DNA of 64,000 nucleotides, from IMG/VR virus record IMGVR_UViG_3300006120_000015, positions 1-64,000 of that record, one strand, 5' to 3'. The stretch is from a virus (taxonomy: Duplodnaviria; Heunggongvirae; Uroviricota; Caudoviricetes). The position numbers and the translations under genes were made by a program. Of the stretch, positions 44,998-56,000 are shown in pieces. Each line of letters begins with the position of its first letter. The first letter of the stretch is position 1. The notes under the pieces were generated by a model. It saw only the letters and a list, made by a program, of their open reading frames with translations. It ran no database searches and was not told the DNA's origin.

Positions 44998-45315
44998 ATG
45001 GAAATCAATAATTTTTTCGGCAACAAAAACATGGTTTTTTGGGTTGGCACGATTGTCAACCGAGCTGATCCTTTGGCTATTGGTAGATGCCAAGTGAGAA
45101 TCTTTGGTTATCATACAGACAATAAAATGCTTTTGCCTGATGAAGATTTGCCTTGGGCACTTGCGATGTATCCAGTTAATGCATCAAATACTTTTTCTAA
45201 ACCTAGAATTGGTGAATGGGTAATGGGCTTCTTTATGGACGGTGAATCAGCACAGATGCCTATTATGATGGGTATTATCTCTGGTCTAGCAGAAGATCAA
45301 ACTTTGCAAGGATAA
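44998..45315 (+). CDS. gp5-like central spike N-terminal OB-fold protein
   Basis: VGTIVNRADPLAIGRCQVRIFGYH = gp5 N-terminal OB motif. Confidence 0.6.
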   Translation: MEINNFFGNKNMVFWVGTIVNRADPLAIGRCQVRIFGYHTDNKMLLPDEDLPWALAMYPVNASNTFSKPRIGEWVMGFFMDGESAQMPIMMGIISGLAEDQTLQG

Positions 45316-45318
45316 GAT

Positions 45319-46173
45319 ATGACAGATACCGTAGAAGTTGTATTTCCAACACCACCACAATTAGAAATAATAAAACAAGCTATATTAAGCGCAATTACTT
45401 CTAATACAACAACACCTCCAGTTGTATCTTCTAAACCAGTAGAACCGGTTCATACGGAAGACAAACCACAACCAAAAGGTCCGTCAAGTGTTCCTGTTTT
45501 GGCTAGAGGTCTTGCGGCAAACTCAGATACTGCAATACATGCATCAAATAAAACCATAAGACATGCGTGTGATAGTAGTACATATGTTGGCATGGCAGTA
45601 TTTCAAGCAGGTGCATTTGCAGGTCAAGTGGTTAACGCCATACGCACAGCAGTAAGAGCAATACTTAAAGCTCTTGGTTTATCTCCAAGTTCTACAGGTC
45701 TTGCAAACTATTTGGAAAAAATAGCACATGAAGTTGCAGACATTGCAAAACTTATTTCAAAAATTGCAAAAACCATACAACAAGTTATTGCATACATAAA
45801 TGCATTGAAGTCTCTTTTGGCTTTGATTTTGAATTTACCCGCAGAACTTCTTGCATATTTTAAAGACTGTATCAATACAATAAAAAAACAACTCGTATCT
45901 GGTTATAAGAGTGCATTTGTATCTGACGGCACAACACCTTCTGATGCAGAAGTTGATAATCTTGGTAAAGCAATTTCTGATGTACAAACAAGTTTAACAC
46001 AATTTAACACAGCTGTTAAATCTGCGGCAACAGCAAGTGCGGGATTAGCTTTTTCTTTAATAACACCAACACAAATAAATTCAGGTAATACACAAGCTCA
46101 AGCCGCAGCAACTCAAGCGGTCTTTGCCGCTGCAGGTTATTCTACATCATCAAACAGTTTTTCGAAACCTTAA
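45319..46173 (+). CDS. Ala/Ser/Thr-rich structural protein (between spike fragments)
   Basis: 284 aa; coiled-coil-like. Confidence 0.4.
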   Translation: MTDTVEVVFPTPPQLEIIKQAILSAITSNTTTPPVVSSKPVEPVHTEDKPQPKGPSSVPVLARGLAANSDTAIHASNKTIRHACDSSTYVGMAVFQAGAFAGQVVNAIRTAVRAILKALGLSPSSTGLANYLEKIAHEVADIAKLISKIAKTIQQVIAYINALKSLLALILNLPAELLAYFKDCINTIKKQLVSGYKSAFVSDGTTPSDAEVDNLGKAISDVQTSLTQFNTAVKSAATASAGLAFSLITPTQINSGNTQAQAAATQAVFAAAGYSTSSNSFSKP

Positions 46174-46174
46174 C

Positions 46175-46978
46175 ATGGCACAAATACAAGAACCACCATC
46201 AGCCTATGCGGCACAGTATCCACATAATAATGTAACGCAAACAGAATCAGGCCACTTCCAAGAGTTTGACGATACTCCTGGTGCTGAACGTATACGTACA
46301 CAACACCGTGCGGGAACTTTTGTTGAATGGCAACCTGATGGTACCGAAGTACATCGTATTGAGGGAAGTGGTTATAGAATTGTAGCCAAAGACGATAACG
46401 TTATCATTGAGGGTAAATGCAATATCAATATTGTTGGTAATGCAGAAGTAACCATTCAAGGTGATGCAATAACAAACATTCAAGGCAATCAAAGAACGGT
46501 AATTGAAAAAGACTGTGATGTAGTTGTTAAGGGAGACTACACACTTACAACATCTGGTGATATGTACTTTCAACCAGCAAGTGCATCATCTGCTATGTTT
46601 GTTCAGGCTGGTGACAGACTTGTTTTGAACACCGATTTAACTGTACACGGTAAATTTCTTGCCGATGATATTTCTTCTACTGGTGCAGTAACAGCAGGCA
46701 CAGGTATTCACGCAGGTGTTCCTGGTTCTGTAAACCCTGTTGCAGGTATCTCAACACTAGGTGGTGTTAACGTTGGTATTCCTGGTCCAACAATTCCTGG
46801 AACAGTTACTGCCACAGTCTTAGTAACTGCACCGGCAATCATTGGTTCTACTGTTGTATTTGGTGGTGTTCTAATGGATCCGGAAGGTGGTGCACCATTG
46901 ATTCGTTCTATTTACGATGCACACATTCACCCAACACCAAAAGGTCCAAGTGGTCCTCCAACAATTTTGATGCCCTAA
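46175..46978 (+). CDS. spike beta-helix protein (gp5 C-terminal / P2 gpV-like)
   Basis: Repeats VIIEGKCNINIVGNAEVTIQGDAITNIQGNQRTVIEKDCDVVVKGD typical of spike beta-helix. Confidence 0.5.
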   Translation: MAQIQEPPSAYAAQYPHNNVTQTESGHFQEFDDTPGAERIRTQHRAGTFVEWQPDGTEVHRIEGSGYRIVAKDDNVIIEGKCNINIVGNAEVTIQGDAITNIQGNQRTVIEKDCDVVVKGDYTLTTSGDMYFQPASASSAMFVQAGDRLVLNTDLTVHGKFLADDISSTGAVTAGTGIHAGVPGSVNPVAGISTLGGVNVGIPGPTIPGTVTATVLVTAPAIIGSTVVFGGVLMDPEGGAPLIRSIYDAHIHPTPKGPSGPPTILMP

Positions 46979-46988
46979 GGAATAGATT

Positions 46989-48470
46989 ATGTCACTAACA
47001 AGTAGATTAGGTTTAAACTTTGACACCACACGATTTGGTAACGCAAAGAACCTATCTTCAACTGCCGCAAATACACTCAACCTAATATCAAACAGTTCAG
47101 GTGGTGCAATACCTGGTTGGCAACAAAATGACTTGGCTCAAGGAAGTCCAGTCAGAAGCAATTACTTTCAAAATCCAACAACAAACTATTTGAATCAAAT
47201 CTCAACCGCAGCCAACACACTAATGATGGTTGCAAATACGATTGGTGATTCAAATACATCAAGTGCAGTTGCAAACTTACTTATTGAAATTGCAAGCTTT
47301 CAATCACACACAGATAATATCTCTGGTGTTGCAACCGTAACAGACCAAACATATCCATCATTCCAATCTGCTCAGAACATGGGTCAGTTGAACATGATGA
47401 CGTTATCAAAGTCTGATGGTGTAAACGATACGACGCCAATTCTTGGTTCTTACACCAGTTTGTTCATAAACGATCTATTAAGTTCAAACGCAAACACTAT
47501 TTTATATTTTGCAAACGAATATGCAAATTCAATTACATCCGTAGCTAACAATATAAGCGGTGGTTACGATTACTCAACAAATATTGCAAACACAGAAGTT
47601 GCAAACATAGATAGTTATCTTGCAAATACAACAATTTTGTTGATGACCAGAAGAACTGGCGACTGGTCATACTATCAAAATTCTGTACAATTAGCCAAAG
47701 ACGTTGGATTCTTATCACAGTTCAATAACTTGGGTGGTACTGCAACATATCTTGTTACCAATCTTGTTGGTACACAAAGATTGACTTCAAATATCGCAAG
47801 TACAATAGGAACGACTGTTGGAGCTACTGGAATCATGACACCAGGCACAAACAGTTCTGGTGGTACTGTTACAACTACTGGTCCAATTACTGTATTAGGA
47901 ACAATCACAACAGGTACATGGCAAGGCAGTACAGTTGCAACGGGTTACGGTGGTACAGGCCTAACTTCATTTACTTTAAATGGTGCTGTGTATGCCACAT
48001 CAGCAAACACACTAACAACAGGAACACTACCTGTTGCTTCAGGTGGTACGGGTACAAGATTGTCAACAGGTTCTGGTTCAGTTGTTTTGAACACAGCTCC
48101 GTTATTGACAAACGTAACGATGAACGGAAATACTGTTGTTATTAATATTTTTTCAACAATCATAACATCACAGTATTTGACTGCAAGTAATATTGTAGCA
48201 AGTAATATAACGGCATCTAACCTTGTTATTTTGAATGTAACTTCTGGCACTATAGTACCATCAAACACCTCAACTTACAACTTAGGTTCTGCATCAAATC
48301 GTTGGGCTAACATTTACACCAGTGACTTGCAATTAAGTAACGAAGCCAAAGGTCCAAATGATGTTGATGGAACAACAGGCAACTGGACTATACAAGAAGG
48401 TGAAAACGATTTGTTCATCATCAATAACAAGACAGGTAAGAAGTATAAGTTCTCGTTGGAGGAACTGTAA
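46989..48470 (+). CDS. tail fiber protein
   Basis: 493 aa, Ser/Thr/Asn/Gly-rich; C-terminal NLGSASNRWANIYT fiber motif. Confidence 0.55.
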   Translation: MSLTSRLGLNFDTTRFGNAKNLSSTAANTLNLISNSSGGAIPGWQQNDLAQGSPVRSNYFQNPTTNYLNQISTAANTLMMVANTIGDSNTSSAVANLLIEIASFQSHTDNISGVATVTDQTYPSFQSAQNMGQLNMMTLSKSDGVNDTTPILGSYTSLFINDLLSSNANTILYFANEYANSITSVANNISGGYDYSTNIANTEVANIDSYLANTTILLMTRRTGDWSYYQNSVQLAKDVGFLSQFNNLGGTATYLVTNLVGTQRLTSNIASTIGTTVGATGIMTPGTNSSGGTVTTTGPITVLGTITTGTWQGSTVATGYGGTGLTSFTLNGAVYATSANTLTTGTLPVASGGTGTRLSTGSGSVVLNTAPLLTNVTMNGNTVVINIFSTIITSQYLTASNIVASNITASNLVILNVTSGTIVPSNTSTYNLGSASNRWANIYTSDLQLSNEAKGPNDVDGTTGNWTIQEGENDLFIINNKTGKKYKFSLEEL

Positions 48471-49027
48471 TGTCTGTTATTGTTGGCAATGGAACCATAG
48501 ATGCTGGAAGTAGTTATTTCAGAATTACAGATAACTCGGCCAACGTTATTTTTGAACAAGGCGTTTCAAGTAATAATATTGGTTATGCACTACAAAAGGG
48601 TATACCAGGTTTTGTAGCTGCGCCAGCAACTGATCCAGGCTCATGGGTCGGTTACAACGGTTGGACAAAAGTATCTTCTTATTTCAACAATACCGCATAT
48701 AATAACGGAAATTGTTATGATACAACGGCCACTAGATTTAACGTGCCTATAAGTGGTCCTTATCTTTTTATCTATACCGCTTACGTTTATAGCAGTAGTT
48801 ATTCGCATTTTTGTTTTGCGGTAAATGGCGACACAGGTGCAAGAAGGGGTGGAAACACTTTTTACAGAATCAGAGGTTATGGTATGTTGTCAAATTATGA
48901 ACAAGATGCACAAATTGAAGAAGTGATTAATTGTGTGGCAGGAGATTACGTTGAACCCTATGGTTACGGCTCAGGAAGTAATTATTATCCGTGGGAAAGC
49001 GCTTTCATGGGCGTATATGTGGGGTAA
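48470..49027 (+). CDS. C1q/TNF-like domain protein, paralog 1
   Basis: CYDTTATRFNVPISGPYLFIYTAYVY ... AGDYVEP...SAFMGVYVG = C1q core and C-terminal FSGFLL-like motif. Confidence 0.6.
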   Translation: MSVIVGNGTIDAGSSYFRITDNSANVIFEQGVSSNNIGYALQKGIPGFVAAPATDPGSWVGYNGWTKVSSYFNNTAYNNGNCYDTTATRFNVPISGPYLFIYTAYVYSSSYSHFCFAVNGDTGARRGGNTFYRIRGYGMLSNYEQDAQIEEVINCVAGDYVEPYGYGSGSNYYPWESAFMGVYVG

Positions 49028-49029
49028 CT

Positions 49030-49623
49030 ATGCCAATTGACGTAAACGGAACAAGTATATCTGGTGGAACATCAGTTACTGCAACAGACAGTAACGGAAA
49101 CATCATATTCAATCAAAATTCAAACGGTCAAGTAACAAAGCCACAAAATAGTTCTGGTTCAACACTTATTCCTTTGTTTTCCGCCGGAATGAGTGGTTCT
49201 ACTTGGAGCCAATATGTTAGTTCAGGTAGTTGGGGTAAAATACCATATAACTATGGTGGTGGATCAGGTTACTTGAATGTAAACGGTTGTTACGATTTAA
49301 CCAATTCAAGATTTACTGCACCATGGACTGGATTCTATCTTTTCAAGTCACATTGTTACATTTACGGAAATGATGGTGGTGGTAGTTGGTATTGCCATCC
49401 AATGTATTGGGTAAACGGTTCGTCAAATTTAAGAAGAGCTGGTGGAACACTTTACAGAATTAGACAATATGGTTTGTATGCAAGTTATGGCCAAGATACG
49501 GATATTTCTGAGTTGATTTATTTGACTGCTGGTGATTATGTTGAAGTTTACTGGTATTCAAATGGAAATATGCAATCTTATGATCCTTACTGTTATTTTA
49601 GTGGTTGTTACATGGGGTACTAA
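49030..49623 (+). CDS. C1q/TNF-like domain protein, paralog 2
   Basis: CYDLTNSRFTAPWTGFYLF ... AGDYVEVYWY...YFSGCYMGY; starts MPIDVNG like paralog 3. Confidence 0.6.
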   Translation: MPIDVNGTSISGGTSVTATDSNGNIIFNQNSNGQVTKPQNSSGSTLIPLFSAGMSGSTWSQYVSSGSWGKIPYNYGGGSGYLNVNGCYDLTNSRFTAPWTGFYLFKSHCYIYGNDGGGSWYCHPMYWVNGSSNLRRAGGTLYRIRQYGLYASYGQDTDISELIYLTAGDYVEVYWYSNGNMQSYDPYCYFSGCYMGY

Positions 49624-50184
49624 ATGCCAATAGATATCAACGGATCAGTAATACAAACCAGCAATGCTGCAATACAAATTATCACAAACTCAGTTTTGGG
49701 TTTGGATACGTCTTCGTTGGGTTTTATGATTCAACCAACAAGACCTTTCTTTGTTGCAATTGATAACTATGCAGGATGGCACGCTTATCCATCTAACGAT
49801 TGGGTAACAATGATTTTTAACCAAAATCTATACGACAACACTAACAGTTACAACAACGTAAACGGTCGATTTACTGCACCTGTGACAGGAAGTTATCATT
49901 TTCAAGCTTCTACATATAGTTACAAAGGCTCGAGCGATCAATCCAGTTACGTACATCCAATCTTTAGGGTGAATGACAGTTATACGTTAAAACAAGCTAG
50001 TCAAACAACACCATACAGACTAAGATTGAGAACTTGGTATGCAGGTGGATATACCGGAGACACTCAAATTAACGAGATATTATATTTGAAAGCCGGTGAT
50101 TATGTAAATCTACATCATTACTCTAGCCAACAAAACTATTGGTACGGAACACAATCTTTTTTTAGTGGTTTTTTTATAGGATAA
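49624..50184 (+). CDS. C1q/TNF-like domain protein, paralog 3
   Basis: YNNVNGRFTAPVTGSYHFQAS ... KAGDYVNLHHY...FFSGFFIG. Confidence 0.65.
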   Translation: MPIDINGSVIQTSNAAIQIITNSVLGLDTSSLGFMIQPTRPFFVAIDNYAGWHAYPSNDWVTMIFNQNLYDNTNSYNNVNGRFTAPVTGSYHFQASTYSYKGSSDQSSYVHPIFRVNDSYTLKQASQTTPYRLRLRTWYAGGYTGDTQINEILYLKAGDYVNLHHYSSQQNYWYGTQSFFSGFFIG

Positions 50185-50190
50185 AGAAAA

Positions 50191-50466
50191 ATGGCAAATA
50201 CAACAATTACAATGGAATTTACAGAATTAGATTGGAAATGCTTGCGTTACTTTGCAGCGAATCCTGACGAATGGGCAAAAAACTTTGTCCGAGCAAGAAT
50301 TTATGCTGCAAAACAAGAAATCTATCAATCCGAAGTTAAACGAATGACTGCGGATCCTAGTATTAAAACAATTCCAGCAGATGTCGATACGGTTGTTGAA
50401 CAAGCGCAGATTAGGTTTGCAGACGAACAACCTCAGTTACCTGATATGAGACCACCTGGAGGATAA
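50191..50466 (+). CDS. hypothetical protein (91 aa)
   Basis: ORF. Confidence 0.4.
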   Translation: MANTTITMEFTELDWKCLRYFAANPDEWAKNFVRARIYAAKQEIYQSEVKRMTADPSIKTIPADVDTVVEQAQIRFADEQPQLPDMRPPGG

Positions 50467-50564
50467 TTTCAAAATTCGAAATTTTTCGTCCGGGGCTCCA
50501 AAAATGCCGGACGCAATCCAAGAGTTCCGGTAGCGAATTTAATTCCGAGCATGATAAATACTAG

Positions 50565-50957
50565 ATGGCAAACATTCAACACAACTATTCCGACCTAGAC
50601 CTAAGATTCACACCCAATCCCGTGACCGGAGATGTATCTTTCAGTTACGATGACCAAGCTGTGATTAGGTCTATCAGAAATCTCATATCAACTAAGAGAT
50701 ATGAGAGACTATGGCAGCCACTAATTGATTGTGGAGTCGATTCATTATTGTTTGAACCTTTGACAACACTTACTGCATCACTTTTACAAGATGAAATTAC
50801 TCGCGTCATAACCAACTTTGAACCTCGTGCAAAAGTTGCACAGGTAAATGTAACTGTAATTCCTGAGAGAAATGCATATTCTGTCAATATGGTTTTTTAT
50901 ATCAACAATAGTCTAACACCAACTGCCATAAACGTAATACTACAAAGGGCTAGATAA
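50565..50957 (+). CDS. gp25: gp25-like baseplate wedge protein (GPW/gp25 family)
   Basis: MANIQHNYSDLD...EPRAKV vs T4 MANINKLYSDID...EPRIDK; 130 aa. Confidence 0.75.
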   Translation: MANIQHNYSDLDLRFTPNPVTGDVSFSYDDQAVIRSIRNLISTKRYERLWQPLIDCGVDSLLFEPLTTLTASLLQDEITRVITNFEPRAKVAQVNVTVIPERNAYSVNMVFYINNSLTPTAINVILQRAR

Positions 50958-53026
50958 TGGCATCTAATACGAACACTCAGCTTACCAGTCTCGATTTTGG
51001 TACAATAAAACAGAATTTTATCAATTACTTGCAAAGTCAAAGTCAATTTTCTGACTATAATTTTTCTGGTTCTGGTCTTTCTGTTCTTTTGGACGTACTT
51101 GCATACAACACACAATATAATGCGTTCTACTTGAACATGGTGGCCAATGAAATGTTCATGGACACTGCTTTGCAACGTTCATCTGTGGTTTCTCATGCAA
51201 AATTGTTGGGTTACACTCCAAAATCAGCAGTTGCACCAACAGCTTATGTGAATATTGTCACAAACACATCAAGTTCTTCAGTAACATTACCGGCTTTTAC
51301 AAATTTCATGTCTGAGTCTGTGAATGGTGCAAACTATAACTTTGTAAGTATTAATCCAGTTACTGTTGCTGCAAATAATGGTCAAGCTGTATTCAATAGT
51401 GTTGAGTTGAAACAAGGTATTCCTGTAAATTACTCATTTAACGTAGACTCTACAACAAATCCAACATATACATTCCAGTTGCCAGATAATGATATTGATA
51501 CCTCTACTTTGTTGGTACAAGTTCAACAATCAAGTTCAAATTCTTCTTATACAACTTACACCGGTTCAACAAACTATTTGACACTAGACGGCACATCGAC
51601 TGTTTATTTCTTGCAAGAAAGTTTGAACGGAAACTATGAAATTTCTTTTGGTGACGGTGTTCTAGGTAAAAAATTGGCTGATGGTAATATTGTCAATGTG
51701 TTTTACTTGATTACACAAGGCACTTCTGGTGCAGGTGCAAACAATTTTGTTCTAACAGATTCTGTTTCTGGATTTGGAACAACAGTCATCTATGGTTCTG
51801 TGGCAGCAACAACTGGCGGTGAAAAAGAATCTATCAGTTCTATCAAATACACAGCACCTAAAGCCTATGCTGCACAGAATCGTGCGGTTACAAACGATGA
51901 CTACATCACTTTGATTCAACAAAACAATGCAGGTTTTTCATTCGATGCAGTTAACGTTTGGGGTGGCCAAGAAAATGATCCGCCAGTTTATGGCCAAGTT
52001 TTTGTTTGTTTAAAACCTACCGGCACATACAAATTAACAGAAGTACAAAAACAATCCATCATTAAGAACGTTATTCAACCAATTTCAATGATGACTGTTA
52101 GCCCAAATATTGTTGATCCTGATTACAACTATATTCAGGTCAACTCAAACGTTCTATATGATCCAAAGAAAACAAACTATACTGCAAGTCAAATTTCACA
52201 AATCGTATCTGCTTCAATTCAACAATTTGCAACAAGAACATTGAATACTTTTAATAGTACATTTACTGCGGCTGATTTGATTTCTTCTATTCAAAATGCA
52301 GATGCTTCTATTGTTACTAACGATACAAAAATTAGAATTCAGAAAAAATTCTATCCTATATTCAATACACCAACAACATACTCATTCTCATTCAACACAC
52401 CACTACAAAGAGGTATTTTGTTGAGTGGTGTTGGTAGTTCTCCTGCTATACAAATTCAAGACCCACAAGATGCAACACAAACTTTGGATGGTGTTTACGT
52501 TGAAGAAACACCAAGTAGTACCGCAGGTGTGTCTTCAATTCAGTTGTTGAATCCTGGTTATTCTTATACGCAGACACCAACAGTAACAATTCTTGGTGAT
52601 GGCACAGGCGCTACAGCCGAAGCAACACTTGTTGCTGGAGTTATAACAGGAATTACAGTTACAAATCCTGGTGTAGGTTACACACAAGCTACTGTTGTTA
52701 TCACAAACGCAACAGGCGACAATTTAGGTTATGGTGGTTCTGCTGTTGCGGTTCTAGAAGGACAGTATGGTACACTAAGAACATACTACTATAACTCAAA
52801 CAATGTAAAAACAATATTAAATACCAATGCAGGTACAATCGACTATAACAACGGTATTGTTACACTAAAAAACTTTACACCCGTAAATGTTGATAGTGCT
52901 TTAGGTGAATTGACAATCTCTGCTGTACCAGCTTCAACAATTATCAATTCTTCATTGAATAAAATTTTGACTATCGATCCATTTGATTCAAATGCAATTC
53001 TAGTTAACGTAACAGCCAAGACATGA
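50957..53026 (+). CDS. gp6/P2-gpJ-like baseplate wedge protein
   Basis: 689 aa immediately after gp25; N-terminal LSVLLDVLAYNTQYNAFYLNMVANE baseplate-J-like. Confidence 0.5.
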   Translation: MASNTNTQLTSLDFGTIKQNFINYLQSQSQFSDYNFSGSGLSVLLDVLAYNTQYNAFYLNMVANEMFMDTALQRSSVVSHAKLLGYTPKSAVAPTAYVNIVTNTSSSSVTLPAFTNFMSESVNGANYNFVSINPVTVAANNGQAVFNSVELKQGIPVNYSFNVDSTTNPTYTFQLPDNDIDTSTLLVQVQQSSSNSSYTTYTGSTNYLTLDGTSTVYFLQESLNGNYEISFGDGVLGKKLADGNIVNVFYLITQGTSGAGANNFVLTDSVSGFGTTVIYGSVAATTGGEKESISSIKYTAPKAYAAQNRAVTNDDYITLIQQNNAGFSFDAVNVWGGQENDPPVYGQVFVCLKPTGTYKLTEVQKQSIIKNVIQPISMMTVSPNIVDPDYNYIQVNSNVLYDPKKTNYTASQISQIVSASIQQFATRTLNTFNSTFTAADLISSIQNADASIVTNDTKIRIQKKFYPIFNTPTTYSFSFNTPLQRGILLSGVGSSPAIQIQDPQDATQTLDGVYVEETPSSTAGVSSIQLLNPGYSYTQTPTVTILGDGTGATAEATLVAGVITGITVTNPGVGYTQATVVITNATGDNLGYGGSAVAVLEGQYGTLRTYYYNSNNVKTILNTNAGTIDYNNGIVTLKNFTPVNVDSALGELTISAVPASTIINSSLNKILTIDPFDSNAILVNVTAKT

Positions 53027-56000
53027 TACCAAATAACAAAACGTCAATTTTAATTCCGTCACAGTTACCTGAATTCATTTCTGAAGATGTTAACTATGGT
53101 AATTTTGTTGCCTTTCTTAAGGCATATTACGAATGGATGGAAAATTCAGGAACCATCACCAATATTAATATTGTAAATGGTGGTCTAGGTTACTCAAATG
53201 TGTCGGTAAATATTGTTGGTGATGGTTCTGGTGCAACCGCACAGGCTTCACTATCAAGTAAAGGCATAATCAACGAAATTATCATAACTTCTTATGGTAG
53301 TGGTTACACTTATGCAAACGTTGTCATAAATGGTACATCTATTATTCCAGCAACAGCTACTGCGGTCATCAAAAATGGCCCAATCAATGATAGTAAACAA
53401 CTTTTAAATTACATGGATGTGGATCAAACCACAAACCAGTTTTTAGATTATTTTATCAACGATTTCTTACCATACTTTCCTTCAGACGCTCTTTCAAGCA
53501 AACAAAAAGCTTTGAAGATTGCAAAACAGTTGTACAAATCTAAAGGTACTCCTGCTTCATATGAATTTTTGTTTAGAGTACTATACAATTCAAGTTTTGA
53601 TTATTACAATACTGGTGACTTGGCACTTAAAGCTTCTGCGGGTAACTGGTATGTTCCAAAAAGCTTGGCTATTTTATCAACCGATGTAAGATTTTTACAG
53701 ACAAAAAACTATCAAGTATTTGGTGAAACATCAAAGTCTTTTGCTACAATTGAAAATGCTGTATTAGGCACAGACAAAATAGAATTATTCATCTCAAATA
53801 TTGAACGTCTGTTTCAATCTGGTGAATATGTTCGAATTGTTGATTCTAATGGTACAGATGTTATAATTGACGGATCAAATCTAAGATCGAGAATTATCGG
53901 TCAGATTAGTAGTATCAATGTCAATTCAAAGTATAAAGGATTGAATTATAAGAGTGGTAATCCAGTAATTATCTATGGTGGTTTAAGTAATCAAGTTGCA
54001 AATCCGGTTGGTGCAAGTGCTGTTGTTGGCGACACCACAGCGGGTGGTCTTTCACATATTTCACTATTAAGTGGTGGCCAAGGTTATAATTTAACTAGAA
54101 CATCAGAACCTTCAACGCAACTTATTTTCATACCAAACGGTCCTACTGCTGGAGTTATTCAACCCACAGCTCAAGTGGTTGCAGTAGATACTGGTAATGG
54201 TTTTACAGTTAATAATATTCCGACAGATACGATTGGTTATAAACTACAAAAAACACTAAACGCAAATAATTTTTATTTTGCAAATGGTACAGTTATAACA
54301 ATTGACTCAGCAAACTCTTTTGCTGTTGGTGAAACTGTATATCAAGGTAATATTTCTAACCCTACATTCTTCGGAACAGTAAACTACTATACCGCAAATA
54401 CTAATATTATTAAAGTTAGTTCTGTTGGACCTTTCGTTAATTCTTCTATCAATGTTGGTGGATTACTAACAGGTGAAACTTCTGGTGCATCAGCAAACGC
54501 TTTGTCAATCTACACAGCAAATTTAAATTCAAGAATGGAAGATGTATTCAATACAACTTCATTCACTGGTTATCCAATATCGAGTGTATTCTTATCTTCT
54601 TCAGGAAGTAACATTACAGTTCTACCAACACTACAAGCACAATCACAATATGCAACGGATAATCCTGCAACATATGGTGTAATAAGTAACTTAGGTATTT
54701 TAGGTCCTGTTATCATTGCTAATGGCGGAACAGGTTACAGAGTTAACGATACTGTTGTTTTTAGTGGCGGTTCTGGTTATGGTGCAAATGCAACCGTTAC
54801 ACAAGTTGGAAGTAACGGTGCAATTACATCTATAACATATAACTCTGTTAATGGTTTACCAACCGGCGGTGTTGGTTATAATAACTCTCTGCCAGCTTTA
54901 ACAGTTGTTTCTGCAAATAACTTGGCATCAAATGCGAGTCTGTATGTAAACGGAACTATGGGTACAGGTGCAACGTTTAATGAAATATCAAGTCAAATTG
55001 GTCAAATTCTGAATATCAATCTTTTAAATTACGGTGCAGACTATGTTACTGCGCCAAGTGTTTCTTTGAAAGTGCAAGATATTGCAGTTACCGGTATAAC
55101 TTCTTCAACAATACCAAAACCATTTGATACTGTTTATCAAGGTGCATCACAAAATGCTTCCTCTTATGTAGCTACAGTATATCAAGTTACACAATTAGGA
55201 CCAACAAACTCCAATCCATTAAACACAATCTATAGAGTGAGAGTGTTTAATTATTCTAATGATCCTAATCCTTCATTACCATTAGTAAGTTCAACAACAG
55301 GTTATAACTATACACCTATTGGTTATGCATACGATTCGACATGGAATAACCAAGGTTTCATAGACTACGGTGATGGCACTGCACAGGCAACCGCACAGTT
55401 CTTAAACGGTCTTGTGTTTGGTGCAGGACAATATCTGTCAAGTTCCGGTCAGTTAAGTTCATATGATGTGTTGCAAAGCCAAGATTACAACTCATACACT
55501 TATAAGATTACGACTGAAAAAGAAATTTCAAAATACCGTTCAATTCTTTTGAATTTGTTGCATCCATCCGGCACACAATTGCTAGGTAGATACAGCACAA
55601 CAAAACTAAGTTTAGATAATTTTGTACAACAAAACGCATTGAAGAAAGCATATAACTTGTATCACTATACAGGTGCCGCAGCCTCAAACGTTTCTATGAC
55701 AACATCTTTGTCACAAACTTGGTCTAATACTGTTGTGTTCAATAACTTACCAACAGGAACAAATATTGCAGGCTTTATCTTTGCAAATTCAAGTACGATT
55801 GCAATTCAAACTTCAAACGGACCAAACGTTGTTTCTCTGGTAACTTCAGTTGACTATGCAAACAATAAAGTATCAATACAAGACAAGACTTTCTTGACTT
55901 ATGCAAATACATTCTATGTAAACTATACCGCAAATTCAAACACGGTTACAGTATTGTCTCCAACTGGTCTTTATAACTATGATGACCAGTACGGTTACAA

